From: an uncultured Bdellovibrionales bacterium
Lineage (GTDB): Bacteria > Patescibacteriota > Minisyncoccia > Moranbacterales > UBA1568
Direction of reading: 5' to 3'
Length of the DNA stretch: 64,000 nucleotides
Assembly (NCBI GenBank): GCA_964459475.1
Contig: CAYWLN010000001.1
Span: 6,137 to 70,136 of the forward strand
Part shown: one piece after another, positions 44,654-55,215 of the stretch
Numbering within the stretch: the stretch's first letter is position 1
Layout of the letters: each line of letters opens with the position of its first letter
Position numbers and translations under genes: made by a program
Notes under the pieces: generated by a model
Told to the model about the DNA's origin: nothing
Database searches by the model: none
What the model saw: the letters and a program-made list of their open reading frames with translations, nothing else

Positions 44654-46771
44654 TTATCCTTGAGAATCAGTGATTCGTTCAACCAAACCAGAACTGCCAT
44701 CAATCTCTACCCTCTCACCGTATCGTATATTACCGTCTGAGAACGAATAACCCACCACGACCGGAATTCCTCGCTCTCGAGCCACAATCGCCAGATGTGA
44801 GAGGAGTCCACCATTTTGAGAAACAATCCCGGAAATGCGGTCAAAATATCGAACGAGATCGGGCGTGAGGAGATCCGTATACAATATCCTGGCCTTGCTG
44901 TCATCCCGCAATGTATCCAATATACTCCTGGAAACCAGCTCTCCCCGAGCGAGACCAGGAGAAACACCCTGTTGCATATCTACGCGAGCGTCAGGTGTCG
45001 AAGTAATACGCACTGGAAAACTATACGTATTGTGCGAGAGATAGGTCTCTCGCTTCTTGCTACACATTGCTTCAAGCACATGACCACCGAGTATCTCTTC
45101 CCACGACGCAAAGTAGATATGCCGCGCATCTTGAAATCCTGCCTCTTGAGCTCGTTTCAAAAGACACCCTCTCAATGCATGGGTATTCTTGACCGTGAGC
45201 CATCTGCCAATTTCTCTCAGGCGCTCATATCGAGCCGCTTCACTCAAAAGAAGCCCGTAGTACCGCTGTTTGTATGATGGTAGTCCTTCCCACCAACTCG
45301 TCACTTCATTGTTTGATGAACGCATCGTCAGTTCTTGTCGATGGAATACTGACTCATCAGCAAAATCCAAAGAATTCCCTGTTAGCCCCTGTGCGGGCCA
45401 GGAAAATGAAACATCACCAACGGACAGTGGAGGAAGTATGCTCTTTAGGACCTCAATCAAACGCACCGGTTCACTGTGAAGAGCCCTCTCTGCTCGCTTC
45501 ATGACAAATCCAGCCAGGAGATTAATCTCAAAAGAATACTGATACTCATCGAGCAGTCGGTGCCAACATGTTTCAATATCATCAGTTGTCACTTCTCTCA
45601 CCAACCTCGTCTGGACCGCCTGCAACAAAGAATCATAACTCCGAGGAGTAATCGTATTGAACCGTATGAGTGTACGGAGCGTATCCCAAGAACCACGTCG
45701 ATATCGCCAGTGAGGACGAAAAGATGCTGATCCAAAATAGCTCCATGATGGGAGTAGACTCTGTAGCTCGCGCTCTTTATCAATATAGAGCTCATTCCCA
45801 AGAAGCTTGAGAAACTCAGTGTCTTGATATCGGACGTGGTACTTCCGATACACTCGGGCTACAGGGCCATCCACAGCATATATCCTCTGAATCAGCCCGA
45901 GCGTCACGGGCACAGGTCGCGGAGCAATTTCTGAAATCTCGGTCTTCTCGAAATAATACGGACCGCTTTTCGGAAGTAATGCTTCCAAAGCCACTATTTC
46001 TTCGTACTGTTGTTCGGTCAATGAAGTTATCGGGCGTGATTGAAGCACAAAAAAGTCATTCCCTTGGAGACACCACTCGATATCTTGTGGCCAAACATAT
46101 TTCTTTTCCAGCAGTTTTCCGATTTCAGAGAGTATCGGGTGCGTGCGGAAAAATTTGGCCTTCGAAGCCTGGTCCTCATCCCATAAAGTACTCTCTTTTT
46201 TGGGTCGAATCAGACCACTGACCAATTGGTCACCCGAACCAGTAGCGTACTCCACTACCATCTCCCGACTCCCCAGTGGATTCCGAGTAAAAAGTACTCC
46301 GGCACTATCAGGTTTTATATACTCTTGGATAATAATGGCAAATTTTTCCCAGTCACCAAGTAGCCTGTCCTCTGCTTGCTTGAGTACTCGTACTACTGCT
46401 TCCTCTACTTCATGAGGCGAGAGATTTAAACAGGTGGTAAACTGGCCAGCCAGAGACTGTGTGACGTCATCCTCTAGGAGTGAGCTCGAACGCACAGCAT
46501 ACCTCATAGCTGACAACTCTGACAGGGCTGCTTTGACCACTGATGCTCTCACGGATTGATCTCCAAAAACAGAACGAGTCGACGTCGTAGGTATCACGAC
46601 GAATGCTGGTACTCGACATCCCCACTCATGGCACTGCTTTAGATGATAGGCCTTGTTGCCAACATGAGCGGCCTTCATATCATCAGCTATTGATACGATC
46701 AAGTGTTCACTCATACTCCCACGGTTTGTTATATCTTCCCAAAAATATCCTCCCCCGACGTTCCAGTTCAA
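44654..46771 (-). CDS. PEP-utilizing enzyme family protein (pyruvate-phosphate-dikinase-type N-terminal ATP-grasp plus C-terminal phosphohistidine swivel domain; no PEP/pyruvate TIM-barrel)
   Basis: N-terminal 'VGNKAYHLKQCHEWGCRVPAFVVIP' (PPDK_N-like) and C-terminal 'GGLLSHLAIVARERGIPVVVG' with the conserved His. About 300 aa of unassigned sequence lies in between. Start probably MSEHLIV. Confidence 0.6.
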   Translation of the reverse strand: MNWNVGGGYFWEDITNRGSMSEHLIVSIADDMKAAHVGNKAYHLKQCHEWGCRVPAFVVIPTTSTRSVFGDQSVRASVVKAALSELSAMRYAVRSSSLLEDDVTQSLAGQFTTCLNLSPHEVEEAVVRVLKQAEDRLLGDWEKFAIIIQEYIKPDSAGVLFTRNPLGSREMVVEYATGSGDQLVSGLIRPKKESTLWDEDQASKAKFFRTHPILSEIGKLLEKKYVWPQDIEWCLQGNDFFVLQSRPITSLTEQQYEEIVALEALLPKSGPYYFEKTEISEIAPRPVPVTLGLIQRIYAVDGPVARVYRKYHVRYQDTEFLKLLGNELYIDKERELQSLLPSWSYFGSASFRPHWRYRRGSWDTLRTLIRFNTITPRSYDSLLQAVQTRLVREVTTDDIETCWHRLLDEYQYSFEINLLAGFVMKRAERALHSEPVRLIEVLKSILPPLSVGDVSFSWPAQGLTGNSLDFADESVFHRQELTMRSSNNEVTSWWEGLPSYKQRYYGLLLSEAARYERLREIGRWLTVKNTHALRGCLLKRAQEAGFQDARHIYFASWEEILGGHVLEAMCSKKRETYLSHNTYSFPVRITSTPDARVDMQQGVSPGLARGELVSRSILDTLRDDSKARILYTDLLTPDLVRYFDRISGIVSQNGGLLSHLAIVARERGIPVVVGYSFSDGNIRYGERVEIDGSSGLVERITDSQG

Positions 46772-47873
46772 CCCCCGTCAATTTGGCATCAAAACAATTG
46801 ACGTAGCCATCGCACACGGTTATAAATGTAGCCCCGACAGGCACCTGAGCCAGCGTGGACTCCAGGACATCGGTAGGAGTATACATAAGTGGAATACTCA
46901 CGCTCCCAGTGATATGAGACCGCAAAAACTTGGCGGGTTCACGAGTATCAACCAGCCACACGCCCTGATCCGCTTCACGTTTCGTTTCTCTGGTTGTGAG
47001 GACCCGCTGATATTGGTCTCCCTGGTAGGTGTCCCCAAACTTGATTGCGCCCTGCCAACTCCCACCATCTTCTACCCACCCACTCGCACCATGCTCTAGG
47101 TATTGCGCCATGAGGTGCTGACTCCTCAGAAATTCCACCACTTCCTGGCCGCGTATCCCCGACCAACAAATCACATATATTGACTGATTGCTCGACAACT
47201 CTTGCCAACGTCCCGCTTTGAGGTCTGCAAATCGGATATGGACACTTCCTGGAAAAAATCCGTTCTCAAACTCGATATCTTCTCGGGCATCGAGGACTAT
47301 GTATGTATCACCCAAACCACCACTTTCCAGATTTTGTTTCAATGCCGCGTTAGTGACAAAGAGTGGTCTCGTATCTATTACCGTCGACAACGACTCAGTC
47401 TCATCCAGTGTTTCTTCTGTAGCCAGACTACCCCCTATACTACTATCGGCCAACATGCTTTCGTTGAATATTCGTTCTTGTTCTTGACTCTCTTGTAGCC
47501 ATTCTGTATATGCGACATTCTGGAGATATGACTCATGCCAAGTCCAAGCCCCTCCGATCAATGCCATGATTACAACCACGCCAATACCCAAAACTTCCTT
47601 ATGCCCCTTCAAAAATTCTATGTGCCACTTGAAGAATTGAATAAGAGCGATGCATATCATTGCCAACACTGCACCCATCAACGAAAAAAATTGGATAGCC
47701 TGAGTGCCAATGCTAAAAACAAAATCTGGTGGTACCACCGCGAGAGTAGGCTGGGGCACACACCAGAGAACCAGTGAGCAGAGGAGTATGCTCAACCAAG
47801 TCGTTTGAGAATAATTTTTGTTGTTTCGTTTCACAAAAGTAAAGGGAGTGCTGTGATGCACCCCCATGGCCAA
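46707..47873 (-). CDS. Membrane-anchored tandem rhodanese-domain sulfurtransferase
   Basis: Two rhodanese active-site loops, 'ICWSGIRG' and 'VCDGYVNC', and N-terminal TM helices. Confidence 0.65.
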   Translation of the reverse strand: MAMGVHHSTPFTFVKRNNKNYSQTTWLSILLCSLVLWCVPQPTLAVVPPDFVFSIGTQAIQFFSLMGAVLAMICIALIQFFKWHIEFLKGHKEVLGIGVVVIMALIGGAWTWHESYLQNVAYTEWLQESQEQERIFNESMLADSSIGGSLATEETLDETESLSTVIDTRPLFVTNAALKQNLESGGLGDTYIVLDAREDIEFENGFFPGSVHIRFADLKAGRWQELSSNQSIYVICWSGIRGQEVVEFLRSQHLMAQYLEHGASGWVEDGGSWQGAIKFGDTYQGDQYQRVLTTRETKREADQGVWLVDTREPAKFLRSHITGSVSIPLMYTPTDVLESTLAQVPVGATFITVCDGYVNCFDAKLTGVELERRGRIFLGRYNKPWEYE

Positions 47874-47890
47874 AAAACTCAGAACCTTTC

Positions 47891-48382
47891 TTAGTTCACA
47901 GTGAGGATTTCGTACTTGACGGTGGCGGCGGGGGTGGTCACTTCTACTTTGTCACCCTTGCCCTTGCCCAAGAAGGCCTGGCCAAGTGGGGATTCGTTAG
48001 AAATCTTGCCAGCGGCTGGATCTACTTCGTTTGAACCCACGATTTCAAAATTGAATTCTTTGCCTCCAACTTTGACTGCGAGCTTGGAACCCATGCCGAT
48101 TGTCTCAGTGCTCTTGTGCTTCTCAGCCACCACCGAGTCCTTGAGCATGCTCTCAAGCTCAGCGATGCGTGATTCGTTTTCGTTCTGATGATTTTTGGCC
48201 TCGCTATATTCGGCGTTTTCGGAGAGGTCACCCTGCTCCTTGGCTTCTTTGATTGCATCAGCAATCTCGTGGCGGATTTTGGTCTTCCGCTCTTCGAGTT
48301 CGGTCTGCAATTTTTTGAGCCCTTCTGGAGTAAATATTTTTGCCATAAAAGCGTGTTGATACAAAAGAAAATTCTCTCCCAA
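47891..48382 (-). CDS. greA: Transcription elongation factor GreA (start MAKIFTPEG at about 48346)
   Basis: Coiled-coil N-domain with the acidic tip 'DLSENAEYSEAK' and a C-terminal FKBP-like domain. Confidence 0.85.
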   Translation of the reverse strand: MGENFLLYQHAFMAKIFTPEGLKKLQTELEERKTKIRHEIADAIKEAKEQGDLSENAEYSEAKNHQNENESRIAELESMLKDSVVAEKHKSTETIGMGSKLAVKVGGKEFNFEIVGSNEVDPAAGKISNESPLGQAFLGKGKGDKVEVTTPAATVKYEILTVN

Positions 48383-48561
48383 GAGGAAAGAATGGAATTA
48401 AGAGTTCCTCAATACTACCAAAATACGAAGAATTGTCAATCCCGCACCTTTTTGCCTTAAATAAGCTGAAAACTTATTAAAAAATATGGGTTTCTACGGG
48501 GAAATATAACTAAAAAAGTGTCCAGCATACTGAGCGACCACGAAGCCAAAAAGGTGCGGGA

Positions 48562-50457
48562 TCAATCCTCGCTGTTCTCGCGGTTGAAATACCATTGATA
48601 GACCTCTTTGGTCACCGGGACGGCATTGTAACCCTCCTCTCCCTGTCCCTCGACAAGGACAATGATGGCGAGCTCAGGTGCTTCAAACGGTGCAAAGGAC
48701 ACAAACCAACCGTGCGTCTTGTCCTCATTCCCGAACTGGGCGGTTCCGGTCTTGCCGGCCACGGCAACGGGGAGGTCAGCCAACTGCTGAGCTGTCCCCT
48801 CAGTCACTGTCTCCCGCATACCCTCCCGCACGATACGGAGGATATTGGCATCGATGAATTTCTCCCGAATGATCCGCGTCGGCACCGCTGTCACTTTGCC
48901 GTCATAGGAGCGAATCTGGGAAACGATGCGCGGTTCGTAGAGCGTCCCGCCATTGGCGATAGCAACGATAGAGTTGAGAACCTGGAGTGGTGTCGCTGTC
49001 ACAAACCCTTGTCCAATAGATGAGTTGTAGTCATCGCCGATGTACCAGCGCTCACCAATCTTTGCTTGCTTCCAAGTAGCATCTGGCAAAAGTCCCGTGA
49101 CCTCACCGCCGACATCGATACCGGTCTTGGCTCCGTACCCAAAGAGCTCCTCATACTTTTTCATCCGGTTCATCCCGAGTCCCTGTATCCCGCCATACCC
49201 TCCGCCAATAGAATAGAAAAACACATCACTCGACACAGCGATAGCTCTCCTGATATCGGTAAAGCCGTGAACTTTCCAGTCACCAAAGAAGAACCGTCCG
49301 ACATTGATCCCTCCCCGACTCTCAATCTGTGTATGTTCATCCACCACCCCCTCGGTGAGAGCAGCGGCCGCGAGGACCGGCTTGATCGTCGACCCGGGTG
49401 GATAGGCTCCGGCCACCACCCGATTGAAGAGAGGCTCCGATGGATCATTTAGAAGTGCGCGATAGTCCTCACCAGAGATCCCGCCAGCAAAGAGATTGTT
49501 GTCGAAACTCGGGAGGCTGACAAGCGCGCGCACGGCGCCACTCCGCGGGTCGATAGCAACCGCACCAGCCCGCTTCAAATCATTCTTTTCGAGAATCGTC
49601 TGGAGGCTATCAAAAATTTTCTTCTGGAGGTCGGCATCGATATTGAGGATGAGGTCCTGTCCGGGGACTGGCTGGACGACGCCGAGCTCTTTCTTGACCT
49701 TGCCAAAGGCATCTACCTCAACTCGTTCCCATCCGTGTTTGCCTCGCAGGGCCGACTCGTAGCTCTTTTCTATCCCCTGCTTGCCAATCGAATCAGTGAG
49801 GAGATAGTCCGGGTGCGCCTCGAGCTCTTCCTTGCGAATCTTGCCTTCGTAACCGAGGATATGAGAAAAGATGAGGCTATCGAGATACTGGCGACGCGTC
49901 GTCTGGTAGAGACCTACCCCGGGGAGCTCGTGGCTCTGACTGAGGTACAGAAGCGTCTCTTCTTGACCGATACGTTCCTTGAGGAGAATCGGGAGAGTCG
50001 AACGCCGGTCCAACTTGGCAAAGGCGTTGTCGATGACCTCACTTTCGAGACCAAAGAGCGTAGCCATCCGACGTTTCAGTTCGGCCTGGGCTCCTTCGTC
50101 AGTCGGTACGTCAGCGGGCACGAGCACCGCGTCGACACTGGGGATATTCTGGACCAGTGGCTTACCTGTAATGTCGTACATAATCCCGCGAGGAGCCGGG
50201 ATGATGAGCGCCCGTAGGCTGTTCTTGAGCGCGATGAGGCTGTATTCTTCGCCTTTGATGACGCTCAAGAAAAATATCCGTCCACCGAGTACGACGAGAA
50301 AGAGCACCATCCCCATGAGAAACCAGCGTGAGACGGATCGATTGAGAGGCCACTCCATCTTGACTGCGTCCTTTTCGGACAGTGTCAGGACGGCATCATC
50401 AATCTCCATGCTTCCTCGCTCATGAAGGAGTTCGTCTTTGCGAATAAAGAGTTTCAT
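48562..50457 (-). CDS. Peptidoglycan D,D-transpeptidase (class B PBP, PBP2/MrdA-like)
   Basis: N-terminal TM, dimerisation domain, and transpeptidase motifs 'STIKP' (SxxK), 'SSD' (SxN-like) and 'KTGT'. Position after mreBCD. Confidence 0.85.
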   Translation of the reverse strand: MKLFIRKDELLHERGSMEIDDAVLTLSEKDAVKMEWPLNRSVSRWFLMGMVLFLVVLGGRIFFLSVIKGEEYSLIALKNSLRALIIPAPRGIMYDITGKPLVQNIPSVDAVLVPADVPTDEGAQAELKRRMATLFGLESEVIDNAFAKLDRRSTLPILLKERIGQEETLLYLSQSHELPGVGLYQTTRRQYLDSLIFSHILGYEGKIRKEELEAHPDYLLTDSIGKQGIEKSYESALRGKHGWERVEVDAFGKVKKELGVVQPVPGQDLILNIDADLQKKIFDSLQTILEKNDLKRAGAVAIDPRSGAVRALVSLPSFDNNLFAGGISGEDYRALLNDPSEPLFNRVVAGAYPPGSTIKPVLAAAALTEGVVDEHTQIESRGGINVGRFFFGDWKVHGFTDIRRAIAVSSDVFFYSIGGGYGGIQGLGMNRMKKYEELFGYGAKTGIDVGGEVTGLLPDATWKQAKIGERWYIGDDYNSSIGQGFVTATPLQVLNSIVAIANGGTLYEPRIVSQIRSYDGKVTAVPTRIIREKFIDANILRIVREGMRETVTEGTAQQLADLPVAVAGKTGTAQFGNEDKTHGWFVSFAPFEAPELAIIVLVEGQGEEGYNAVPVTKEVYQWYFNRENSED

Positions 50458-50459
50458 AG

Positions 50460-50993
50460 CTAGCGTATATTGCGAAATTGGCGCTCGCTCATCTGCCTCA
50501 CAAAAGTCTCAAAACGAGAGATACCTGCTACCGTGATCATAAACACCGGGAGGAAAACAAGCAATGAGAAAATCAGACTCTCCTCTGAAGGAGCTGAAAA
50601 TCCAAATATCCGAATATCACTCTCGACCGATAGTGCTCCGTAGAGAAATTGGTAAAAGAGGGCCGCGAGATAGGAGAGGAGTCCATAGAGTACCACGCCG
50701 ATACCCTGGTGCTCGAGGAGGAGGCGACGAAGGAGAAAGCTCGTGACATAGGAAAAGACAACCGCGTAGACCGAAAACCACGTCACTCCCCCAAAGGTCA
50801 CTGCATCGTAGAGGAGCGTGAGAGGCACAACCACCAAGAGCGCAGAGGGAAAATTACGAGCCAGCGTGAGCGCAGCGATGACACCGAGGAGAAAGAGCGG
50901 GGCGCGAAACCAGGGAAAAAGAATGCTAAAAAAAGATACTTGGAGAAAGACGAGCGTCAAAAGTAGGAGTACTCGGAGAACAAATATTTTCAT
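50460..50993 (-). CDS. mreD: Rod shape-determining protein MreD (small polytopic membrane protein)
   Basis: 177-aa 5-TM protein directly downstream of mreC. The call rests on gene order. Confidence 0.5.
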   Translation of the reverse strand: MKIFVLRVLLLLTLVFLQVSFFSILFPWFRAPLFLLGVIAALTLARNFPSALLVVVPLTLLYDAVTFGGVTWFSVYAVVFSYVTSFLLRRLLLEHQGIGVVLYGLLSYLAALFYQFLYGALSVESDIRIFGFSAPSEESLIFSLLVFLPVFMITVAGISRFETFVRQMSERQFRNIR

Positions 50994-51811
50994 GGCGCGA
51001 GAGATTCTTGGATGATAAAGACGTAGTGGAGAGTCGAGAAATCAACTGGAGAGGTGACCGCTGCTCGTTTATAGAGGTGATCGGCTGTCGGCTGAGGACG
51101 GTCGAGGACGCCAACGAGGAGGTTCTTGGGATACGTACCCCCGAGACCGGAGGTAATGACTCGGTGCCCCGTCTCAAGTGTCGCATCCTGAAGGACCATA
51201 TCAAAGAGGATGCCAAGGCCGTACTCACCCTTGACGATGCCCTGAGCCTCCCCTTCGAGAGTCACTCCACTCACCAAACTGTCAGGATTGGAGAGAAGCA
51301 TTACCCGAGAGCTCTGTGGGAATACTTCGGTCACGCGACCGACGAGCACTCCTCCGTAGACGATGACGGGCATCCCCGTGGCAATCCCCTGAAACGAACC
51401 TTGATCGAGGGTAAGCCAGTTCCCGAGTCCGGCTGTGTCACGACCGATGACGGCCGCTGGTTTGAGGCGATAATTCTCCCGTGGGAGCATCTCAAGCTCA
51501 CGACGGAGCTCATCATTTTCTCGCCCGAGCGCCTCATAGCGTGCATTCTCAGCCGTGAGACGGGTGTTTTCTGCCAAGAGCCTAGCGTTTTCAGTCTTGA
51601 GCTCACCGATAGACCCAAGAAACGTCGTGGTATCAGTGAGGCCAAAAGCAAGTGAAGAAAAAAGACTCTGTAGCGGGTACCCCAAAGTCGAGAGCACCGT
51701 GCGGAGTGGCTCCATGATAAATCGTGGCTGAAATATCAAACAGAATGAAAGTACCAAAGCGACCAGCAAGGCTCGAAAGAATTTCGTTTGCGTGAATCGG
51801 TGACGCAACAT
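50990..51811 (-). CDS. mreC: Rod shape-determining protein MreC
   Basis: N-terminal TM, coiled-coil 'LKTENARLLAENTRLTAENARYEAL', and a C-terminal beta domain. Confidence 0.75.
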   Translation of the reverse strand: MLRHRFTQTKFFRALLVALVLSFCLIFQPRFIMEPLRTVLSTLGYPLQSLFSSLAFGLTDTTTFLGSIGELKTENARLLAENTRLTAENARYEALGRENDELRRELEMLPRENYRLKPAAVIGRDTAGLGNWLTLDQGSFQGIATGMPVIVYGGVLVGRVTEVFPQSSRVMLLSNPDSLVSGVTLEGEAQGIVKGEYGLGILFDMVLQDATLETGHRVITSGLGGTYPKNLLVGVLDRPQPTADHLYKRAAVTSPVDFSTLHYVFIIQESLAP

Positions 51812-51819
51812 AGGATGTT

Positions 51820-52914
51820 TTAGCCGAGAGGTTTGTTGTTTTCTTCTTCAATGAGTACTTCCTTGAGACTCTCCATATCATCGAGGACAATACCGGTGCC
51901 ACGCACCACTGCGGTGAGCGGATCCTCCATCATACGCACTGGGATGCCCGTCTGATTGGCGATGAGCTTGTCCATACCACGGATGAGGCTGCCTCCACCG
52001 GCGAGAATGATGCCCCGTTGCATGATATCGGCCAAGAGCTCTGGTGGTGTCTCTTCCACGATAGTTTTGATATTGTTCACAATGATGCGAATCGAACGAG
52101 AGAGGGCTTCGCGGATGTGTTCGTCGGTGGCGAGAACCTCCTTAGGAAGACCAGAAACCAAGTCCCGTCCGCGCAGTGGAAAGGTGAGACGTTCCCGCTG
52201 TGGATAGGCGCTCCCGATAGCAATCTTGGCGTCTTCAGCAGTCCGCTCGCCGATAAGAATGTTGAACTCATCCCGACTGTACCGGACGATGTCTTCGTTC
52301 ATCTCGTCCCCTGCGATCCGGAGACTCCGGGAGAGGACGACACCACCGAGCGAGATGACCGCAATCTCAGTCGTCCCACCACCGATATCGACGACCATGT
52401 TGCCAGCCGCATCGATGACCGGGAGACGAGCACCGATAGCAGCAGCCATCGGTTCATCGATGAGAAAGGCTTGGCGCGCTCCGGCGTTCATCGCTGCTTC
52501 GATCACGGCGCGCTTTTCTACTTCGGTCACGCCGGATGGGATACCGATGAGCACTCGAGGACGGCGAAGAAACGAGAAACTATCTTGGTTTACTTTGTTG
52601 ATAAAGTAACGGAGCATCTGCTCGGTCACTTCGAAATCACTGATGACACCATCGACGAGGGGTCGGGTCGCGACGATATGGCCTGGGGTTTTCCCGACCA
52701 TCTTCTTGGCTTCGCGTCCAATAGCGAGAATCTGACCCGTGCGCTGGTTTACTGCCACCACTGAGGGTTCGTTGATGACGATACCCTTGCCACGCACATA
52801 GACGAGGGTATTGGCGGTACCGAGATCTATCCCGATATCCTGGGACAAATGACTAAAAAACCTATCAATAAGGCCTTTTTGGAAGTTTTTGATAAAGCGC
52901 TCAAGGCTCGACAT
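51820..52914 (-). CDS. mreB: Rod shape-determining protein MreB (actin homolog)
   Basis: 'IGIDLGTANTLVYV' phosphate-1 and 'VVDIGGGTTEIAV' phosphate-2 motifs. Confidence 0.9.
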   Translation of the reverse strand: MSSLERFIKNFQKGLIDRFFSHLSQDIGIDLGTANTLVYVRGKGIVINEPSVVAVNQRTGQILAIGREAKKMVGKTPGHIVATRPLVDGVISDFEVTEQMLRYFINKVNQDSFSFLRRPRVLIGIPSGVTEVEKRAVIEAAMNAGARQAFLIDEPMAAAIGARLPVIDAAGNMVVDIGGGTTEIAVISLGGVVLSRSLRIAGDEMNEDIVRYSRDEFNILIGERTAEDAKIAIGSAYPQRERLTFPLRGRDLVSGLPKEVLATDEHIREALSRSIRIIVNNIKTIVEETPPELLADIMQRGIILAGGGSLIRGMDKLIANQTGIPVRMMEDPLTAVVRGTGIVLDDMESLKEVLIEEENNKPLG

Positions 52915-53007
52915 AGGCTAGAAATTCCCCAGTGGGGCTCAAAAACGGGACATCCCCCATTCTATCCCATTCCGAGGAATTTTTCCAGTCGAGAGGAAAA
53001 AGCTATT

Positions 53008-54336
53008 TTACGGGGTTAAGCGCTTCACATCACGCGGATAGAGGATAGCCTCCTTGATAGAAGACAAGCCCAAGAGCTTCTGTACTATGCGCTCACTCCC
53101 AAGTCCCCAGCCACCATGTGGCGGAGCACCAAACTTAAAGATATCTAGATAGTCTGTGAATGTTTCTGGATCCAGTCCTCGACTCTCAATAATACTCTTC
53201 AGTTGAACATAGTCATGGACACGCTGTGCTCCAGAGGCAATCTCTACACCACGGAACACGAGATCGTATGACTCACACAATTTTGGATTCTCTGGACTCG
53301 GCAAGCTATAGAACGCCCGCGCCAGCGTCGGATAGTGGGTCAGAAACACAAAGTCAGAGTTGTACTTTTTCTTCACATACTCACCAATCATGCGCTCTCC
53401 TTCACTATCGATATCCCCTTCTTCAAGCACCTTGCCATATTCATTCTTCAAAATCTCGAATGCTTCGGAAAGCCTGATGCGAGGTATCGCGACCCGTTCT
53501 GGAATCGTCGCACCATAGAGCGCCAGGGATGACTGACAGGTCGCACCAATATGCTCCAAGACATGATAGATCGTCTTCTCAAGCATCATCATCACATCTT
53601 CCATGCTGTCGATAAATGCCATCTCGGCATCCAAGCCAGTGAATTCGGTCACATGACGCGTCGTATAGCTCGGTTCCGCTCGAAAGACAGAGCCCACTTC
53701 AAAAACGCGCTCAAAGGCGCTCATCCCCGCCTGCTTGTAGAACTGTGGGCTCTGAGCCAAATAGGCATCACGGTCAAAATATTTGATCTTGAAAAAATTG
53801 GCTCCACCCTCGGTCGCTGCAGAGAGAATCTTGGGCGTCTTGATTTCCATGAAACCCTCACTCCGCATAAAATCAGCATATCCAGCAAGAAGAGCGCTAT
53901 AAATCTGAAAAATCGCCTGCACCTTTGGGTTGCGGAGTGTTACCGTCCGGTTATTGAGCAGCGTCTCAAGCTGGAGACCCATCTCAGCCTGAGATACATC
54001 CACTGACAACTCTTCGGTTGGCTTACTCAGAACGGAAAGTGTCGTTACTTCAATTTCAATGAGATCAGTTGGGTCGACCGAGGCCTCCTGTCCCTTTTTG
54101 GTAGGACGTGATTTCACGAGGCCCGTCACAGAGACTGAATACTCCGAACGGACATCCTTTGTAGATTCAATCAAATCAGATTTTTCTGGTGTCACCACAA
54201 GTTGTACATGTCCACTCCGATCACGCATCTCAAAGAACACCAACTTACCATGGTCTCGACGTACGGTAATCCAGCCAGAAAGCCGTACTTCCTTTCCGAC
54301 CTGGTCCACTGCTTCACGTATCAGTACTCGCTCCAT
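53008..54336 (-). CDS. Class IIb aminoacyl-tRNA synthetase: asparagine--tRNA ligase or archaeal-type (non-discriminating) aspartate--tRNA ligase
   Basis: N-terminal OB fold, 'FRAEPSYTTRHVTEFTGLDAEMAF' motif 2, and 'GGWGLGSERIVQKLLGL...LYPRD' motif 3. Asn and Asp specificity cannot be separated by eye. Confidence 0.8.
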   Translation of the reverse strand: MERVLIREAVDQVGKEVRLSGWITVRRDHGKLVFFEMRDRSGHVQLVVTPEKSDLIESTKDVRSEYSVSVTGLVKSRPTKKGQEASVDPTDLIEIEVTTLSVLSKPTEELSVDVSQAEMGLQLETLLNNRTVTLRNPKVQAIFQIYSALLAGYADFMRSEGFMEIKTPKILSAATEGGANFFKIKYFDRDAYLAQSPQFYKQAGMSAFERVFEVGSVFRAEPSYTTRHVTEFTGLDAEMAFIDSMEDVMMMLEKTIYHVLEHIGATCQSSLALYGATIPERVAIPRIRLSEAFEILKNEYGKVLEEGDIDSEGERMIGEYVKKKYNSDFVFLTHYPTLARAFYSLPSPENPKLCESYDLVFRGVEIASGAQRVHDYVQLKSIIESRGLDPETFTDYLDIFKFGAPPHGGWGLGSERIVQKLLGLSSIKEAILYPRDVKRLTP

Positions 54337-54354
54337 ACATTCGTAGATATATAC

Positions 54355-55167
54355 TTACTTGCCCTGGAAATAATCATTGACCGCGTAGGCCAGTTCACTC
54401 GGAGTAATTTCTGTTTTGAGAAAGGCCTTGGTCACGATACCAGCATCGGTGAGCACCCTGACACTCTCATCTTCGAGTGAGACCGAGGCCGAGAGGAGAA
54501 ATATCGGGACGTGTTTCCCCTCCTCTTCTTCTTTCAGTCTGGTAATGAATTCGCGCCCGTCCATATTGGGCATCATGACATCGGTGATGATGAGGTCAAA
54601 CTGGGTTTCGAGCGCCGTCGCCAAGCCCTTGGCACCATCTTGTTCTGCGACCACCTCGTACCCTTCGCTCCGGAGACGCTTACTAAACATCTCGACAAAT
54701 ACTGGTTCGTCCTCGATCAAAAGGAGTTTTTTGCCGAGACCGATTTTTTCGACTGATGGCGTTGTCTCAGCAGTAGCATTCTTGTCCTGCTCTTTAAACT
54801 GTCGGAGAAAACGCTCAATCTCTGCCACGACTTCCGATGGAGAAAATTCGGTCTTGGAGATAAAGCCATTGGCACCGAGGCCCAGTACCTGCTCGCGATC
54901 CTCCTGACTACTCAGGTTACTAAACACCACGACTTTGAGATTGGCATTGTACTCCTTGTTGTGACGGAGCTCGCGCAGGACCTCGGTTCCGCTCATTTCG
55001 GGAAGGACGAGGTCGAGGAGAACCAAGTCAAAATGCTGTTCTTTCACTTCTTTGAGTACTGCCTTACCAGAAGTGACATTCAAGAGCTCAAAACCGGACG
55101 TTTCCAGCTTTTTCTTGTAGATTTCAGCGATAAACGGATCGTCTTCAACCAGGAGGATTTTGGTCAT
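54355..55167 (-). CDS. Response regulator with two tandem receiver (REC) domains and no output domain
   Basis: 'ILLVEDDPFIAEIY...DLVLLDLVLP' and 'LLLIEDEPVFVEMF...DLIITDVMMP' phospho-acceptor signatures. Confidence 0.75.
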   Translation of the reverse strand: MTKILLVEDDPFIAEIYKKKLETSGFELLNVTSGKAVLKEVKEQHFDLVLLDLVLPEMSGTEVLRELRHNKEYNANLKVVVFSNLSSQEDREQVLGLGANGFISKTEFSPSEVVAEIERFLRQFKEQDKNATAETTPSVEKIGLGKKLLLIEDEPVFVEMFSKRLRSEGYEVVAEQDGAKGLATALETQFDLIITDVMMPNMDGREFITRLKEEEEGKHVPIFLLSASVSLEDESVRVLTDAGIVTKAFLKTEITPSELAYAVNDYFQGK

Positions 55168-55215
55168 AGCGCAAGATTTATATCAAAGTTACGATAACAG
55201 AAATGGGTCGAGGAA

